A stretch of DNA of 62,055 nucleotides, filler included, from Circinaria calcarea (Eukaryota): assembly GCA_051942165.1 (NCBI GenBank). It is 18 parts of 18 records of this genome, joined end to end, with 100 filler letters (N's around TTAATTAATTAA, not from the genome) between each part and the next. Parts side by side here need not be neighbours in the genome. Positions count along the whole stretch, not along the records: positions 48,399 to 51,742 come from JAVECS010002883.1; positions 51,843 to 55,182 come from JAVECS010002884.1; positions 55,283 to 58,620 come from JAVECS010002885.1; positions 58,721 to 62,055 come from JAVECS010002886.1; 14 more parts are not named here. One strand, given 5' to 3'. Position 1 is the first letter of the stretch. The number at the start of each line of letters is the position of its first letter. Of the stretch, positions 48,299 to 61,976 are shown in pieces. The position numbers and the translations under genes were made by a program. Below the pieces are notes generated by a model. That model did not search any database. It was not told the origin of the DNA and saw nothing but the letters and a program-made list of their open reading frames with translations.

Positions 48299-51200
48299 NN
48301 NNNNNNNNNNNNNNNNNNNNNNNNNNNNNNNNNNNNNNNNNNTTAATTAATTAANNNNNNNNNNNNNNNNNNNNNNNNNNNNNNNNNNNNNNNNNNNNCC
48401 CCGCCCCCGAAGCACCATCCACCAACTCCCCTTATACCTTTCCCCATTCTCCTCTCCTACACCAAAAATCCAAGCACCTCTTCTATACCCCGACCACCAG
48501 CCATCCCTCTATACCACTCTCTCCCTCTCGGGTAACTTCTAACCCCTTGGCTCCATTTTCCCACCACCCGCGTCCACGTCGACCGCTAGAATAACCGACG
48601 GCAAACCGTTCACGCAAGCGTGGCGCCGCCTGCCTGCACGTTCAAGATGAAGATACCCAGCCCCCATGTTCCGTTCTGGGCGGATGGAATTTTTAGGGGC
48701 TGTGATCGTGCGCCACATGATCCTATGGTTATCTAGTAGCCATCACGGTCTCGATGGTGCACGGTCGCGCACTGAGGTTGAAAGGAGGTATTAGTGGAGG
48801 GCCGATGCGCCGCTGAGCTTTCATGGTGTATACCGCTTTTGAGCTGGTTGGTTTTGGGATGCCAATATTCCGGATTCGGGTGTGCTTTCGTCGGGGATAA
48901 GAACGACCTCATTGCGTCCACGACCATGGGTTACAACTGGCTGTTTTATTTTATTTTATTATTTTTTGGTGCGGTGGTAGTTAGTATGATAATCCCATGG
49001 CTATCGAGCGAGCTGACAATCCTTGAGTGGCACTGATTTGAAGCTCTCGGTATTTGTGGGAGAACAAAACTTCGTAGGTTTATCCATACTACCCTCGAAT
49101 TTGTTGCAAGTCAAGACGCCTCTGACATTCTTTCTTGCCCCTCGCCGTGGTACGGAGTAGATACTATCTGCGATCTCTTTGCCGTATTGAGTCATCCATG
49201 CTGTTCGCAGTTTCTGATCGGTCAATACTCGGTATACTCGGGCAATATAAGACGTTGTTAGCTTTTCAATCGCTCTCCTTAAAAGCTTATCAGTACTGGA
49301 CCCGGCATCATGATACTTTTCAATTGGGAGGTTTCGGTGAATTTGTGTAGGGTGTTTGTTATTGTACAGCAGCCCAGTACTGACACCTTAAGCCTGATAT
49401 CGCAAAGACTGGGGGGCAGGCTCATTAGAATCTATATCCTTGTATTGGCCCACTAGCATATATGCCGGTTCTGCAGCTCACGGTTGTAGGTGCTTAAGCG
49501 CGCTCTCGGTTCCTCGCGCTTACCAGTATGCTTACGCTACGCCCTACCGGAAGGAACATTCTCACATTGAAAGAGGATTATTTGATCAAGCCCTTAGTAC
49601 TGCTGCGAGCCTTGTCCGTAATTAGGTCACTTTTACCAGCTTGAATAGAGTGTTCATTTCTGTTCGGGGAAAAACTGCACTAAATACAGCTTATTTGGGG
49701 CCCTTTCCCTTCCCGAAAATGAAAGCACACTCAGAGCATACTACTCGGGTGGTCTTAGGATCTATAACCGGGATCGGAGATGTTGCAAAAGGCTCCGGGG
49801 GAAGACCCAGTGCCCGAAGAGGGATATTGGATGTTTCCGGGAAGCTGCTGAGACTGTTCCGTCGAACCGGGGAATTTTAGTGTTTTGGCCTCGAGGTTTG
49901 CTATTCATATCCCAGCAGGAGGCCAAGGCTCCATACTTCAGAAGAAGCTTCCGCGAACCCGCTTCTCCAACGTTGACCCGAACGGGTAGTCTGGACCAGA
50001 AAATGGGAATTAGTAGGACAGTGGAAGATCCCTAAATCCACACCTGGAGGATATCTCCGATTTCTACCCCAGTTCATAACCCCTGGCTGCCCTGTCCCTG
50101 AGCATCGACCCCTTCGACGAGTCTCCAACGTATTCGCTTATTCGCACAAAGGAAAAAGTGCTCCAATGTCAATACCAATATCCCTACCTATCCCAGACGG
50201 AAAGTTATTCTCCGAAACTCCTTTTATATATCCCAATCACTTGGATATCTACCTGCCTGGCAAAAGTTTCCTTCAATAAGCCGGAGCAGCCTTGCCTGTG
50301 CACAAGCTTTCCTTTGGAAGGAATTCCGTGTTTGTTTGGAGGTGTTCGAAGGGACCAAACCAGGGTTATTTAACAAACCCTGGCGATCAATGAGTTCGGG
50401 TGTTGCAAAGCGCTTTCCCCAACTGACTTCTTTCTGAGGCTTCTTGGCCTCGCTCTTGACGTGTATATTTCTTTGCTGGTATGAGCTTCTTGACCGGACC
50501 ATAATAGTCCAAGCCGCTCCCCACTGCCAGCTACGTTCCTTTGAACTACCACGGAACCTGTGGTGGTGCGGACGACAATGCTTCCGCCCCCTTCGAATCC
50601 TTGTCGTTTGTTCTGTAGGAGTCGTGTCAGTCCTTTCGACACTCCTCCCCGTGCGTTTTGGTTCTTCGAATGCAGTCCTACTTTCTCCAGTGTAGGCAGG
50701 ATACACAATTCGGCGTTCAGAAGATAATCCTTATCTCGGACACCAACCAGTAGAGGTAATAGTAGCTATGGGCTAATCACTGCTTTTTAATGGTCCTGAA
50801 TAGTGTCGTCTGTGCCTACACTTGAATTTTGGGAGTAAGTACTCTATTTCCTTCGGGGAAACCCCCCGCTCTATAATACACGAGAAACCACGCACCTTCC
50901 CCACAAACGAGGGAGGCGCTCTATACTGTCCATCTAGGTATAGGTAGGTCCATGAAATAGAGGCCATTTGAGAGGTGGGCGAGCGTCCGATTGAGAAGAG
51001 GGTTTCGTCCGCAAGGTCTGGTGGACAGTGAGGATAGGAACGAAGTTTAGAAGATGAGATGGTGGACTTCAGGGGGGAAATAGGCCTTGTTTAACGAGTA
51101 GGGAGAGGAATGTAAAAAGGGAATCACTTGACCAAGAGGAGTGCTCCATTCAAAAAAGAGCAGCGGTTCACTGTTGCATGTTATTTGCTAAAGTAATAGT

Positions 51201-51842
51201 ACTACATAGAAACTATGAACTCAAGGGTGTACCTAAGTAATATAGACGAATATAAGGAAAACCAACGGGGAACCGAGGTGTAACTGGTTCACATATAATC
51301 CATTCCGGTGCGGTAGGTTTTGCACCTTGTTATTATAGTTCCATATAGCTTCAAATCCCAAACGCACATAGCAGGTCTTCAAAGGTCAGAACAACTGTGC
51401 ACGTAAGTGTTCTGTTCGAGTCAACATAGCTATGGGTTCCAACAAAGAGGTGGCAGAGTCTGAATGGGCATTAGAGTGTATTAGTATTTGCTTCTGCTCT
51501 GCAGTCATATTCGTCAAGGGGTATCATCCAGATTATTCCTCCATGCACTTTCAGCTGATCCTAAACGCCAATGCCGATTGGAACTAAAGATTTCAAATAA
51601 AAAAGTGATAGGTCAGAGATTAAGGTTCAAGAGAAGATAGTATGTGGTTTTTTAACGAAATGTGAAAACTCAGTAACTGTCCACAGTAAATTGAGTCGAG
51701 ACCTCCCATTTCTGCGATCCTTTGCCATAACCGCCTCCCAGTNNNNNNNNNNNNNNNNNNNNNNNNNNNNNNNNNNNNNNNNNNNNTTAATTAATTAANN
51801 NNNNNNNNNNNNNNNNNNNNNNNNNNNNNNNNNNNNNNNNNN

Positions 51843-52470
51843 GGAGGAGGTGCTTCCAATCTACATCCAGAATGCCAAGGAAAACCTTCCTGGCCACCCA
51901 AACTACGCCTCCAGTCCCAGTGCCGCCTCTGGAAGCGAGTATAGTGTTAGCCAAAATCCATCGCGCAGTCACACTCCCCCTCAGACCCACGAAATTCCTT
52001 TGGATCCCCGCTCGCGCTCGACCTCACCTATGAACATGGGTGGTCCTGTCTCACCTTTCCAGACACCCTCGTCGCCCCCACCGCTAGCACCTCAACAGCA
52101 GTCTCACCACCGACCCACCTTCTCCGAAGATTCATTCCGCAGTCAAGGCTCCTTCCGTAACGGCCCTCGTCGAGACCGAAGCGTGCCTCCAAGTCCAGGC
52201 CTGCCGCAGAGCCCCCGACCGAGACATCAGCCGAGCAAAGACTTGAAGCCGAGAATGCAACGGGATCTAGTGAGTGTTGGGTTAGCCATTGAAGACGGAG
52301 GGTTAGGTGGAGAGCACGACGGGGGAATGGTGCATCACGAGGATGGAGAGCGGATGGAGATGGGGATGCCGGTTGCAATGGCGATGGCGATGGATATGCC
52401 GCCTAATTCGATGCCGATGCCAATGGAGCGAGCGGAACGAATGAATTTGACAACTGGGACGGTTGCCTAA
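51843..52470 (+). CDS. C-terminal fragment of an unidentified protein (P/S-rich)
   Basis: Frame open from the contig edge (EEVLPIYIQNAKENLPGHPNY..) for more than 200 codons. Confidence 0.6.
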
Positions 52471-52740
52471 AACAGATGTGGGAAGGTATTAGTTTGGGGA
52501 AACCAGAAATATGCAAAAAATGGCATTGGCGTTTGAGTGTGAATAAGGAAATAACAAGAGGCGTTATTTGAGCGAAGGCGACGTTATTGTGCTATATTTT
52601 GTATAACAGCACTTATTCCCCGAGTCGACAGAGCTGGCCTCGATTAGATACAGTTAGCTTTGTATAGGAATTGATAAGCTTGGTTCCTCTACTTTTGTGA
52701 ATCAGGACCCCGATTAGGAGTATGATTCTGGTGCAACTTC

Positions 52741-53526
52741 ATGGAAGCGGTCATCAAGCGCCGCAGTACCTGGGATACCGCCTCCCCCGAATGCACAATC
52801 CCAAACTCCGAGATCAAAGAATTGGTCAAGATGACCATCGAAACGGCAGCTTCAACATTTAGTTCCTATACCACTCGCATTGTGTGCTGGTCAAGGATGA
52901 GCATAAGAAGTTCTGGGATATCGCCATCGAAGCCGTGAGGGCGGCGATTCCACCAGAGCTATTCGAAGTTCACCCGAAGCAGAGCCTAGAAGGCTTCAAG
53001 AACGCATACGGTGCCATGTTATTCTTTGAGGATCCGGAAAACACAAGAGCATTGGAGATGAAATCCCCGCGGTTTGCGTAAGCGGCGTGCTTACAGTGAA
53101 TACCACTGAACCCTTGGTATGGCCTTTTCCTTTAGGATGTCCAGTAACTGGCCGCTCATGCTGTTTTTGATTATTCTCGTCATTCTATTAATTTCCTGCT
53201 CTGATTTTATTTCTGCGTTCCGCATATCTTTCTAATCTCTTTCAGGTGGCACTTCTCATCGTGGTCCCAGCAAACCTCCGCGATCCATCAACTCATTCTG
53301 TGGACAGCCCTCACGTCGGCCGGTTTTGGTGTACACTTGCAGCATTATAATCCCTTCGTTGACGCCAAGGCTCAGGCTACTTAGAACCTTCCCGCAGACT
53401 TAACTCTCATTGCGCAGTTGGTTTTCGGAAATCCGACTCATCCGCCAGGTGAGAAAGTTGTAAAAGTGAAATCACCTTTGGAGAAGAGGATGTTTTTCCA
53501 CGAGGCAGAATTTTTCGAAGATGGTA
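52741..53526 (+). pseudogene. Nitroreductase of the Hbn1/Frm2 family, disrupted
   Basis: KRRST, STFSSYTTRIV, EHKKFWD, GFKNAYGAMLFFED, WTAL..GFGVHLQHYNP and AQLVFGNP. Frameshift near 52884 and in-frame TAG at 53382-53384 where Trp is expected. Confidence 0.82.
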
Positions 53527-54013
53527 GAATTCAATACTGGTTCCAGTACGAAAACAAACCATCATGATAAAGAATGTAGGCAGATAGTACATATGAATTA
53601 ATATAGAGAATTAGAAACGAGTATTACTTAGTAATACATATTCGTAAGGTGAGATGTTGAGTTCTCCACGAGGCTTGCAGTGGAAGGTTAGCGTCAAGTC
53701 CCAACAAATATAAGACCTGGTGACGTGCCAACCTACAACCGTTTGAAACTACATTTTCTCGAGATAAGATACAGCTACGAAAGGTATGCAAGCTAGTTAA
53801 TATATGCAACTTCATTAATTATCTATATCAGCTCAGTTATCACATGGTAGTAAGTGGAGGATAGGTAGCAAGTTTATGTCATCAGTCTGCTTTCAACCGA
53901 GACTTACAATCTGTCACGTCAGCGAGTGCCTTTGAAATCTGCCACCCGTACTGAAAACCCTCTCTCTCTCTCCATCAAGAGCTCTGGAAACATTCTACTC
54001 CCCTTCTACCAAA

Positions 54014-54848
54014 ATGGCTTCATCCAAGGAATCCGCCATCCTCGAGCATGGCTTCACCGCCGTCCCCCGCGACATCAACAAGATACTCAGCGGTGCCCTC
54101 AAGCTCCACGACCCCCAACCGCTCCTTACTAAAGACCTCCCTTTCCCTTCCTCTCCCCTCGTCGAGGAAGTCCAAAAGTACGCAAAGGCCAATCTCAACG
54201 AGCAAACTTATAACCATAGCATGCGAGTGTACTATTACGGTACTCCTACTTCCTGTTGCCCTTCCCCTTTTCCCTCTTCCCTTTTTCCCCCTCCGCTATA
54301 TTTCTAAAACTGCCTAATACGTTCGTTCCTTTTTTTCTTCAACTCCAGGCCAAGCCATCCTCCGCACTCAATTCCCCGCCTGGCACTGTAGCCCCGAAAC
54401 TTACGCCCTCGCCTGCCTCCTCCACGACATCGGCACCGCCCCGCACAACCTCGCCGGCACCCTCCTCTCCTTTGAATTCCACGGCGGCATCCTCGCGCTC
54501 GACCTGCTCGCCACGCACCTTGACGCGCCCCGCCCCCAAGCCGAAGCCGTCGTCGAAGCCATCATCCGGCACCAGGACCTCGGCACCACGGGGACTATCA
54601 CGACGCTCGGGCAGATCCTGCAGCTGGCGACGGTGCTGGATAACCTGGGAGATCACGCGGAGATGGTGAGCCGGGCGACGGTGGAGGATGTGGTGGCAAC
54701 GTGGCCGCGGCGGGGGTGGAGTCGGTGTTTTGCGGCGACGCTGCGGAGGGAGATGGAGGGGAAGCCTTGGGCGCATACGACGGCGTTGGGGGAGGACGAG
54801 TTCCCGGACGGGGTGCTGGCGAATAAGGTCATGGAGCCTTATGATTGA
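54014..54848 (+). CDS. Cyanamide hydratase (HD domain; Cah/Ddi2-Ddi3 family)
   Basis: QTYNHSMRVYYYG, ACLLHDIGT, SFEFHGG, EAIIRHQDLG, QLATVLDN and KPWAHTT. Intron 54240-54348. Confidence 0.92.
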
Positions 54849-55282
54849 TGAATGATGCGATTCTCAAGGTAGGTGGGTGGGGGGGGGGTAGAAGGTTGGA
54901 AAGGAGAATGGGACAAGGTGAATGAATGAACCTTGAACCTTGGGGCGGTTCAATCAATTTCAACGTCTGAACTTGTAACGTGGACACTTCTGTTCTGATA
55001 CAACTAATACCGCCATCAAACCTCCCACTTCCCCACTTCCCTCCCCCCAAACCTTTTTTCCATCCCCAAAAACCCTTCTCTTCCCACAACCCAGGTAAAA
55101 ACGATAGATATCAATATTCCAAGGTAAGAGGATAGAGTTTTAGATTACACAACTCCGTTCCAACCACGCCCCCACCCCCGTCNNNNNNNNNNNNNNNNNN
55201 NNNNNNNNNNNNNNNNNNNNNNNNNNTTAATTAATTAANNNNNNNNNNNNNNNNNNNNNNNNNNNNNNNNNNNNNNNNNNNN

Positions 55283-56463
55283 GCTTGTAGGGCCTTTCGG
55301 GGGATCTCCTGTGAGCAACATTTTGGTGGGAACAAGCTTTCGTTCTGAATTGCGGTGGCGACAAGCTGTGAGAAGCAAAGAGAGCAATAGTGATGCTGAC
55401 AAGCTAGACTGATTGTGTCTACATTCAGCACATCATCGAAGCAGCTGGCACACTCGTTGTATTGGATTGCGGGAATCGGGGGGACCGGTTCATATGGATC
55501 AGTCGTTCTCCCCTTTACATCTGTTCTTCTGAAGATTTTCGTCAATCTATGTTTCATATAGGGTCGGCTCTTGTCTTTGGTCAACTTCAGAGGTGCAATT
55601 GGAGCCAAATTAGCATATAGCAAAGTCGTTAAAGGCTGATTTTTGGACTGCTCAACAGACAAGTCGGCATTAAAGCCCAAAGTCGTAGCCGAGTTGTTCA
55701 ATTGTTGCGCTGTGCTGGGACGAGTTGCTGTGCTCGGAGAGTCAAGCGCGGGTGCTAGTCCAAGAGAATCTAGGCGTTCATGTGGCACGTAAAAGTTTTG
55801 CGAGGTGGAGGGAATGCGCTCTTTGACTGAACTGGTGAGTATAGTTGAGAATGGTTCTGCAAGGAGGTTTGAATAGACAACTGGGTCTTGGAGGGAGTCT
55901 TTGACAGCCTGGAAATGGTTCATGGAATCTGTGATGATGGTACGTATTTCTTGAGGTGTTCCAGCCTGCACCAATCGTAGCTCCTGCGGTAAATCATAGC
56001 TTTGCCAGAACTCTTTGAGGTGCTCATCTCCGTCGGGTCTGTTATCTAATGTCAATGGAATCTCCAATATGGGCTGAACTCCAGTGACCATATCCAATGT
56101 TTGATCATCTGTATTTCTGGCCAGTTGCTGGTTTGGCGAATCTACAGCCTTGAGTTTAATTTGAGGATCCTCAGAGGGAGGGTGTAAATAACGTCGGGTG
56201 ATCGAGGGAAGGGCAGCCTGAGCTTTCCAGTCCATGGTTGCCCATGACATTCGGCAACCCTGGGGATGGCACCCCTCTGACGGATATTCTGAAGCTGGCC
56301 CAGGTTGGGAGCCAGCATACCTAAATCCGGTCGTTGAAGTCATAGTCATTAAAAAGAATGCAAGGAATAGATAGATAGACAAGACCCAGCAGATTGAGGA
56401 CGACGTCCAATGTTCAGGGAAAAGAAATTGAGCCAAGGAGATGCTCGTTGATAGTAAACACAT
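55283..56463 (-). CDS. RBR/IBR-type E3 ubiquitin ligase, N-terminus through RING1, 3' truncated
   Basis: ECASCFD..ACQHHYCSLCF..NESLFPPKCC..EIP. The true start may be a downstream Met. Confidence 0.8.
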
Positions 56464-58720
56464 TACTCCAGGCAGAAAGGCAGAATTGGAGATGGATCAC
56501 TATCCCACATGCTTAGCCCAAGACGGGTCCTAAGTGAGATGTTCACAGCATCAGCCTCAACAAGGGGGACCCTTTTAAGGTCAATGTCGTTCAAATTGTG
56601 AGTACACTACTGTAAGGGCTGTCCGACTACCAATGCTGTCCTGAACCCCACCTTACGGACTGATAAGCTACGTGGGTAAGATAGGCGGTTCGAGAAGGCT
56701 TCCGGCGGATTGCAGACAGGAGAAAAGCAGATCGGTAACTCCATTGGATACAAGCGAATCCGTCTGATGGCCGACATGCTGCTCTGAGAGTGCGGAGTAA
56801 GTTTCCAACACCGCCAAACGGATCTCCAGGCCAGAAGTAGGAAGCACGGCCATGAATGCTGAGATGCTTCAGCCTCGCCCCAAGCAAACAGTTTAGCACT
56901 CGCCAGCCAATCACGGGCTGGTCAGAGAGGAAATTGTAAGACACATACTATGGTGTCTCTACGTTCGGGAATAGCCTCACGAGGTTGAGACCGGAGATAA
57001 TCAGAAATGGAGGCACAGCCGGTTAGCGTCGCTTGTGAGTTTGCCTTGGCACCTGCGGCTTAGGCGATCTCCCGCCTACACGGTTGAAGCATACGAAAGA
57101 AGGTAAGGTAAAGCAGGACTCACACCTCGGCGCATCGGCTTTCTCTACAGCACTCGGAGCTCACATGCATTGTCCCGCATACATCACATTCACTCCGCAT
57201 CATACAATTAAGAAGACGGGTCGAGTCCATATAGTGAGAGGGTCTGAGTCTTTCTATCGAAGATATGCCTCGACAACTTCCCAAACTAGAATGCCCTTTC
57301 GATGACCCGGTTAAAGTACACTTTGGTATCTATCCATGTGCTGGTACAACCATACCAATAGCCCTGGCCTAGCATACACGCATTCCCAGAACGCCTAGGC
57401 CCCTATATTATGTCTGATGGAAAGAGATGACCCTGGTGATGATACCACCGCTCTAGGCAGAGAATGATAGATGTAATAAACACCCACTTCAGAATCGTTC
57501 CCATCTAAAGACACCCAGGCGATTTTGTGCTACATAGCCCGACAAGGCGTATCGTTTGCCAAGGACGATTCTTGTTTTTGACTTGGGAATCTGCCCAGTA
57601 ACAACATCTCGGTGTTTTAAACACGATTCGATAAGCTCCGAGTCTTGTCAAGCCATGAATAGCTCAAGCTCTGGTGTTGCCTTGGACCTTGGCAAGCACT
57701 TATAAAGTCATACACTACGACGAAACGGGCAACCGAAGTTACAAAATAGGGGTAAGGATTAGAACTATAGACAGAAACCAACAACATCGGCCAACGAATG
57801 AAGCCTTGACTGGACTGAAAGCTTTTGAAGGGTTCCAAGGGTTTCGTATCTGGAGGTCGTTGCATAGGTTTCATCATGACAAGTTTGAGATGAGTTCACA
57901 ATTGTTTGGGGGTTGTCCACTGTCCGCTATTTATATCATGGATAGCCCAGGTTCACAGTTGTGCTTTCACTAAGCTTTGTACTCGCGCTATATCACATGA
58001 TGAGTTTCTACACACAGGCACACGGGAAAGCCACATTCACTGATTTACCCAGTCCCTCGCACCAGGTTACCCGTGAGGCCATGTCAGTCAGAAGATACAC
58101 CATACCTGCTCATCCCACGAGAAGTCCAAAAGTCACCTTTAGACTTGCAGAAGAAACCGACAAGAGAGTACCCACGACATGCCTATTCTCCCGAATCTAT
58201 CTCTCAGCCTACAAATAGTACATCCCCTAGAAATACTCACAGTACAAACTCCTACACAGGAGCACCGCTCTTCCCCAAACAGTACCCCTGGGCCCCGACC
58301 CCGATACCTTTGATCGTTCCTAAACCAACCCCTGCATTCTGTGCTTTCTCATGTATGGGGCCAATTAGATAGTTGGAATCAACAAATACTATACGCAACA
58401 CACTTTACCATCACCCGTACCCGGCCCCCGTTCTCAGAGTCTAACATGACAAAAGCTCCCATCACCCTCCCCCGACTTTCAAAACTTCGTGCTATCAAGA
58501 CTCCAAGCCATAACTGCTAGATCGTAAAGGCTCAATCGTGCCGCTACATCCTACCACCTCTCAGCCTGTGGATGTTATCATCACCACCCGTCTACAACCT
58601 TTCCTTTCTTTCCTCCCTCTNNNNNNNNNNNNNNNNNNNNNNNNNNNNNNNNNNNNNNNNNNNNTTAATTAATTAANNNNNNNNNNNNNNNNNNNNNNNN
58701 NNNNNNNNNNNNNNNNNNNN

Positions 58721-58837
58721 AAGAAGTCGGAAGCCTCGGAGAACTTGCTTGAGATTGACATTGAGCAGGCGTGGAAGGAGATGGAGCTGGATAGCGGCTG
58801 GAGCAACGAGGTTACCGTGGAGGTTATTATCTCCTAA
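58721..58837 (+). CDS. C-terminal fragment of an unidentified protein
   Basis: KKSEASENLLEIDIEQAWKEMELDSGWSNEVTVEVIIS-TAA from the contig edge. Confidence 0.35.
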   Translation, partial: KKSEASENLLEIDIEQAWKEMELDSGWSNEVTVEVIIS

Positions 58838-59697
58838 GCTATGCGGCCCTTGAAAAGCTTATCATTGGCGTAGTGGTTGGCGAATTGAGGAGAGCATAGC
58901 TTAAGAATGAGTGAGATGGATGTTAAAAGTCTGTACAAGGTTCGGGGCACAACGGGGCACGTGAGAAAGGATGATTGGAAGAAGCTGTTCGTTACTAAAA
59001 TCGATTATTCCGGCTCGCCTAAAGATACCAACTGGCGGCAACCCCGCATCGATGGAAAAGTATACTGAGTAAAAAGTAGAGCCATAATTCCCACACATCT
59101 TTCATGGTGGTGGTACGCAGCTTCCTTTTCTTTAAGCTCCAACGGCTGCTGAAGCTAGGTGGGATTGCCTACCTAGTGTTGCTCTCATGAGAATCCAGAC
59201 CTCTTGCCGATTCGTCCGCTTTGGTGTCCAGATTCTTGTTCCAGTTATTACTACTTTTCTCATGCACGGGTGTAGTCATCTGCCTTAATTCCATGGGGGT
59301 TGAGTCTTTCTGGAAGTTCGTTCACGTCAGGATGACGATTTTCCGCTAGAGCTCTAGTTGTGCAGGTTTAGCCATGCCATGTCTTCCTATCGGTCACTAG
59401 GAGAATGTAAGGTGTGCCAAACTGGTCATAGCTTCGACCTTTCTTTCCAGATGCAGCAACTTGTATCATGACACTGTTCTCTTTCGGAAAGGTTGGCCTG
59501 GGATGGGCCATTGGTCTTTTCCTCATTGAATCTGGCGTGGCAGGTATGTTTTGGAACTGTCAAGCATCGATAACTGCCCTATAAAGTAGGTCGATGCCTC
59601 GGAATCTTTCTCGTTCATTAACAATCGTTGTGTTGAGCCTGTACAACTCATTCATAGTCGTTGCGTCAAGCCTGTACTGCTATTGTTATCTGTAGTC

Positions 59698-61171
59698 ATG
59701 TATTCGTTACTTCTACTACCGATTGCATCTCTGCTACTTCTCCCAACTGCTGCGAAGAACTGTGTGAACATTACTGTACCTGTCCAGATTGAGGCACGCA
59801 ATGGTCTCTTCAACGTTCCCACCTTTCAAACCAATCTTGATGCCACCACCTTTGCTCAACAGTTTACCACCACCGGGCAAAACTTTACCAATTCGTCATT
59901 GCAGGGCTATACTACTGTCACCGGTGAATACAACATCAGTGCAAAGTTTTGCAAGCCGGACAAGGCCATGGGACAGAAGCCTACCGTCCAACTTCTGACG
60001 CATGGACTTGGATTCGACAAAACGTATGTAATATCTTGTTACTTGACCGCCCCTGAAGATGCAACAGAGACTTGTTGGCGTCATGTCTAACAGCTGCTAA
60101 TTGAACATCGAAGGATTTACTAACACACCATCAACAGCTACTGGGACCTCCCGTACAACGACTTCAATTACAGCTACATCGACGTAGCCGTTGACAGATA
60201 TGGCTTCTGCACCCTTTCCATTGATCGTCTCGGCGTGGGAAACTCCTCTATTGCAGATCCGCTCAACGTCCTTCAAGCGCCCGCAGAAGTCTCAGCAATC
60301 TACAAACTCACAATGATGCTTCGCAACGGCACTCTACCTCAAGTTCCACATGCCTTTGACAAGATCGTTCACGTAGGCCACTCCTTCGGCTCCCTTCTCA
60401 GCTACGAGCTCGCAGTCATGTATCCCGCCGCCTCTAACGCCCTCATTCTAACCGGTTTCTCCCTGAATGGCTCCTTTCTCCCCGAAACTCTTGCCAACTG
60501 GAACAGCAAACTCGCTCGTCTTAACCAACCCCTCCGTTTTGGCAACATCTCCTCTTCTGCCGTCCGTGCTCTCGAACAATCCCTGAACGCCTCTCTCTTC
60601 GGCCTTAGTCTATACTTCCCGGAACTCATCTCCGTTGTCCAAAGTACCGATATCCTCGACTTCACGTCCGGTCTACAGCCGGGCAGTTTTCCCCAAGCCG
60701 CAAATCTCCCCACTGGATATCTCACGTGGGTAGACCCAGCCGCGAACCAATTCACCTTTCTCTATCCGCCTTTCTTCGACCCTGATATCGCAGTCTACGC
60801 TGAACTGCACAAGTTCCCATACACAGTTGGTGAGATTCTAACCATTGGATCTGTACCCAAAGCGGCGGCAGCGTTTACTGGGCCTGTGCAGGTTGTGACT
60901 GGTGGTACGCTTAACTCATTTCTCTATCCCCTTTCATTTCATATCCATCACTGACTTTATAACAGTTCAGGACGCCATCTATTGCGGGAGTGACTGCACC
61001 TCTCCATCTGTCAACTTTCCCTCCATTTCCAAAGCCTTCCCGGCAAGTAGAAAATTTGAAGCCTATCTGCAACCGAATACTGGGCATGCGATCAATGTAC
61101 ATTACAACTCCACCGCCGCGTATTGCGTAATTCAGGAGTTTCTAATGCGAGAGGGGCTAGGGAGTAAGTGA
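59698..61171 (+). CDS. Secreted alpha/beta hydrolase
   Basis: Signal peptide, LLTHGLGFDKT|YWD, IDRLGVGNS, nucleophile elbow GHSFG and catalytic His in PNTGHAINVHYN. Two introns. Confidence 0.88.
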
Positions 61172-61861
61172 GGGGGATGTGGATGATTCTGTATGAGAAG
61201 TTGAACGATAGATATGTAGCTACTCCTTAGATGAATAAAAGACGGCTTCCATGACTGCATCCGATATCTGCATACTTGCACGTGCCACATGGAACTCTTA
61301 AATTAAAATGTTTTGAATGCCCGCTCCCCGTATTTTGCGCCGTTGTCTCTCCACCAATAAAGTAGCTCGTCGGATACAAAAGCAAGTATACCCCTAGCAT
61401 ATACAGACCAAATGTTAAACCCACCTCAACATTCAACATGACATGAAAACCTTTGCCTCCCCCGAGAAAAAAAAACAATAAATGACCTGTGTTTGGGTCG
61501 GGGCAGAACACTGATACAGATTATAGATAGATAGGCAGGGGTAGGGGTAGGGGCAGGGGTAGAAATGGTGCAGAAAATACCCTCCTTAGGCTTTAGAGGA
61601 AGTATATACTTCGTTTCCATCTTTCTCTTACCATACCTCCACTATTCCAAACCAACCCTTCTTTTTTCTCATCTGTGTAGCTTAAAACCCCCCCCCGCCA
61701 CCCCTAAAAAAAAAGGGTAACTTTGTAAAATCAATCAATCCCCCTGGATTGGTATGGCATGGTACTCCCGTAAGCGAAGTGCACCCTGGCCCCAATTCCT
61801 ACTTTCAATCATCTTAATCGCGAAAACAAATATATAATTAAATAAGAACTTACATTTTCAA

Positions 61862-61976
61862 GCCCGATTAGCTCAGCGGTTAGAGCGAGAGATTGCAGTA
61901 AAATCTTTCCCGTCGGGGGCGAGGGGAGATTGACACTATTATCTCTAGGTCCATCGTTCGAATCGGTGATCGGGCT
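61862..61976 (+). tRNA. tRNA-Cys(GCA) with 42-nt intron (61899-61940)
   Basis: Acceptor stem GCCCGAT/ATCGGGC with discriminator T. D arm GCTC/GAGC. Anticodon stem AGAGA/TCTCT with loop TT-GCA-G^A. T arm CATCG-TTCGAAT-CGGTG. Downstream T-run terminator. Confidence 0.92.

Noticed and set aside
58240..58440. Minus-strand peptide faintly like a zinc alcohol dehydrogenase N-terminus (VMVKCVAYSIC..HE..GTIKGIG)
   Set aside because: It needs frameshifts, lacks the GHE motif and has no downstream domain. Too weak.
3370..58720. Regularly spaced TTAATTAATTAA repeat about every 3.45 kb, superficially array-like
   Set aside because: It is embedded in N runs, identical each time and separates size-sorted contigs. 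This is a concatenation linker, not biology or CRISPR.
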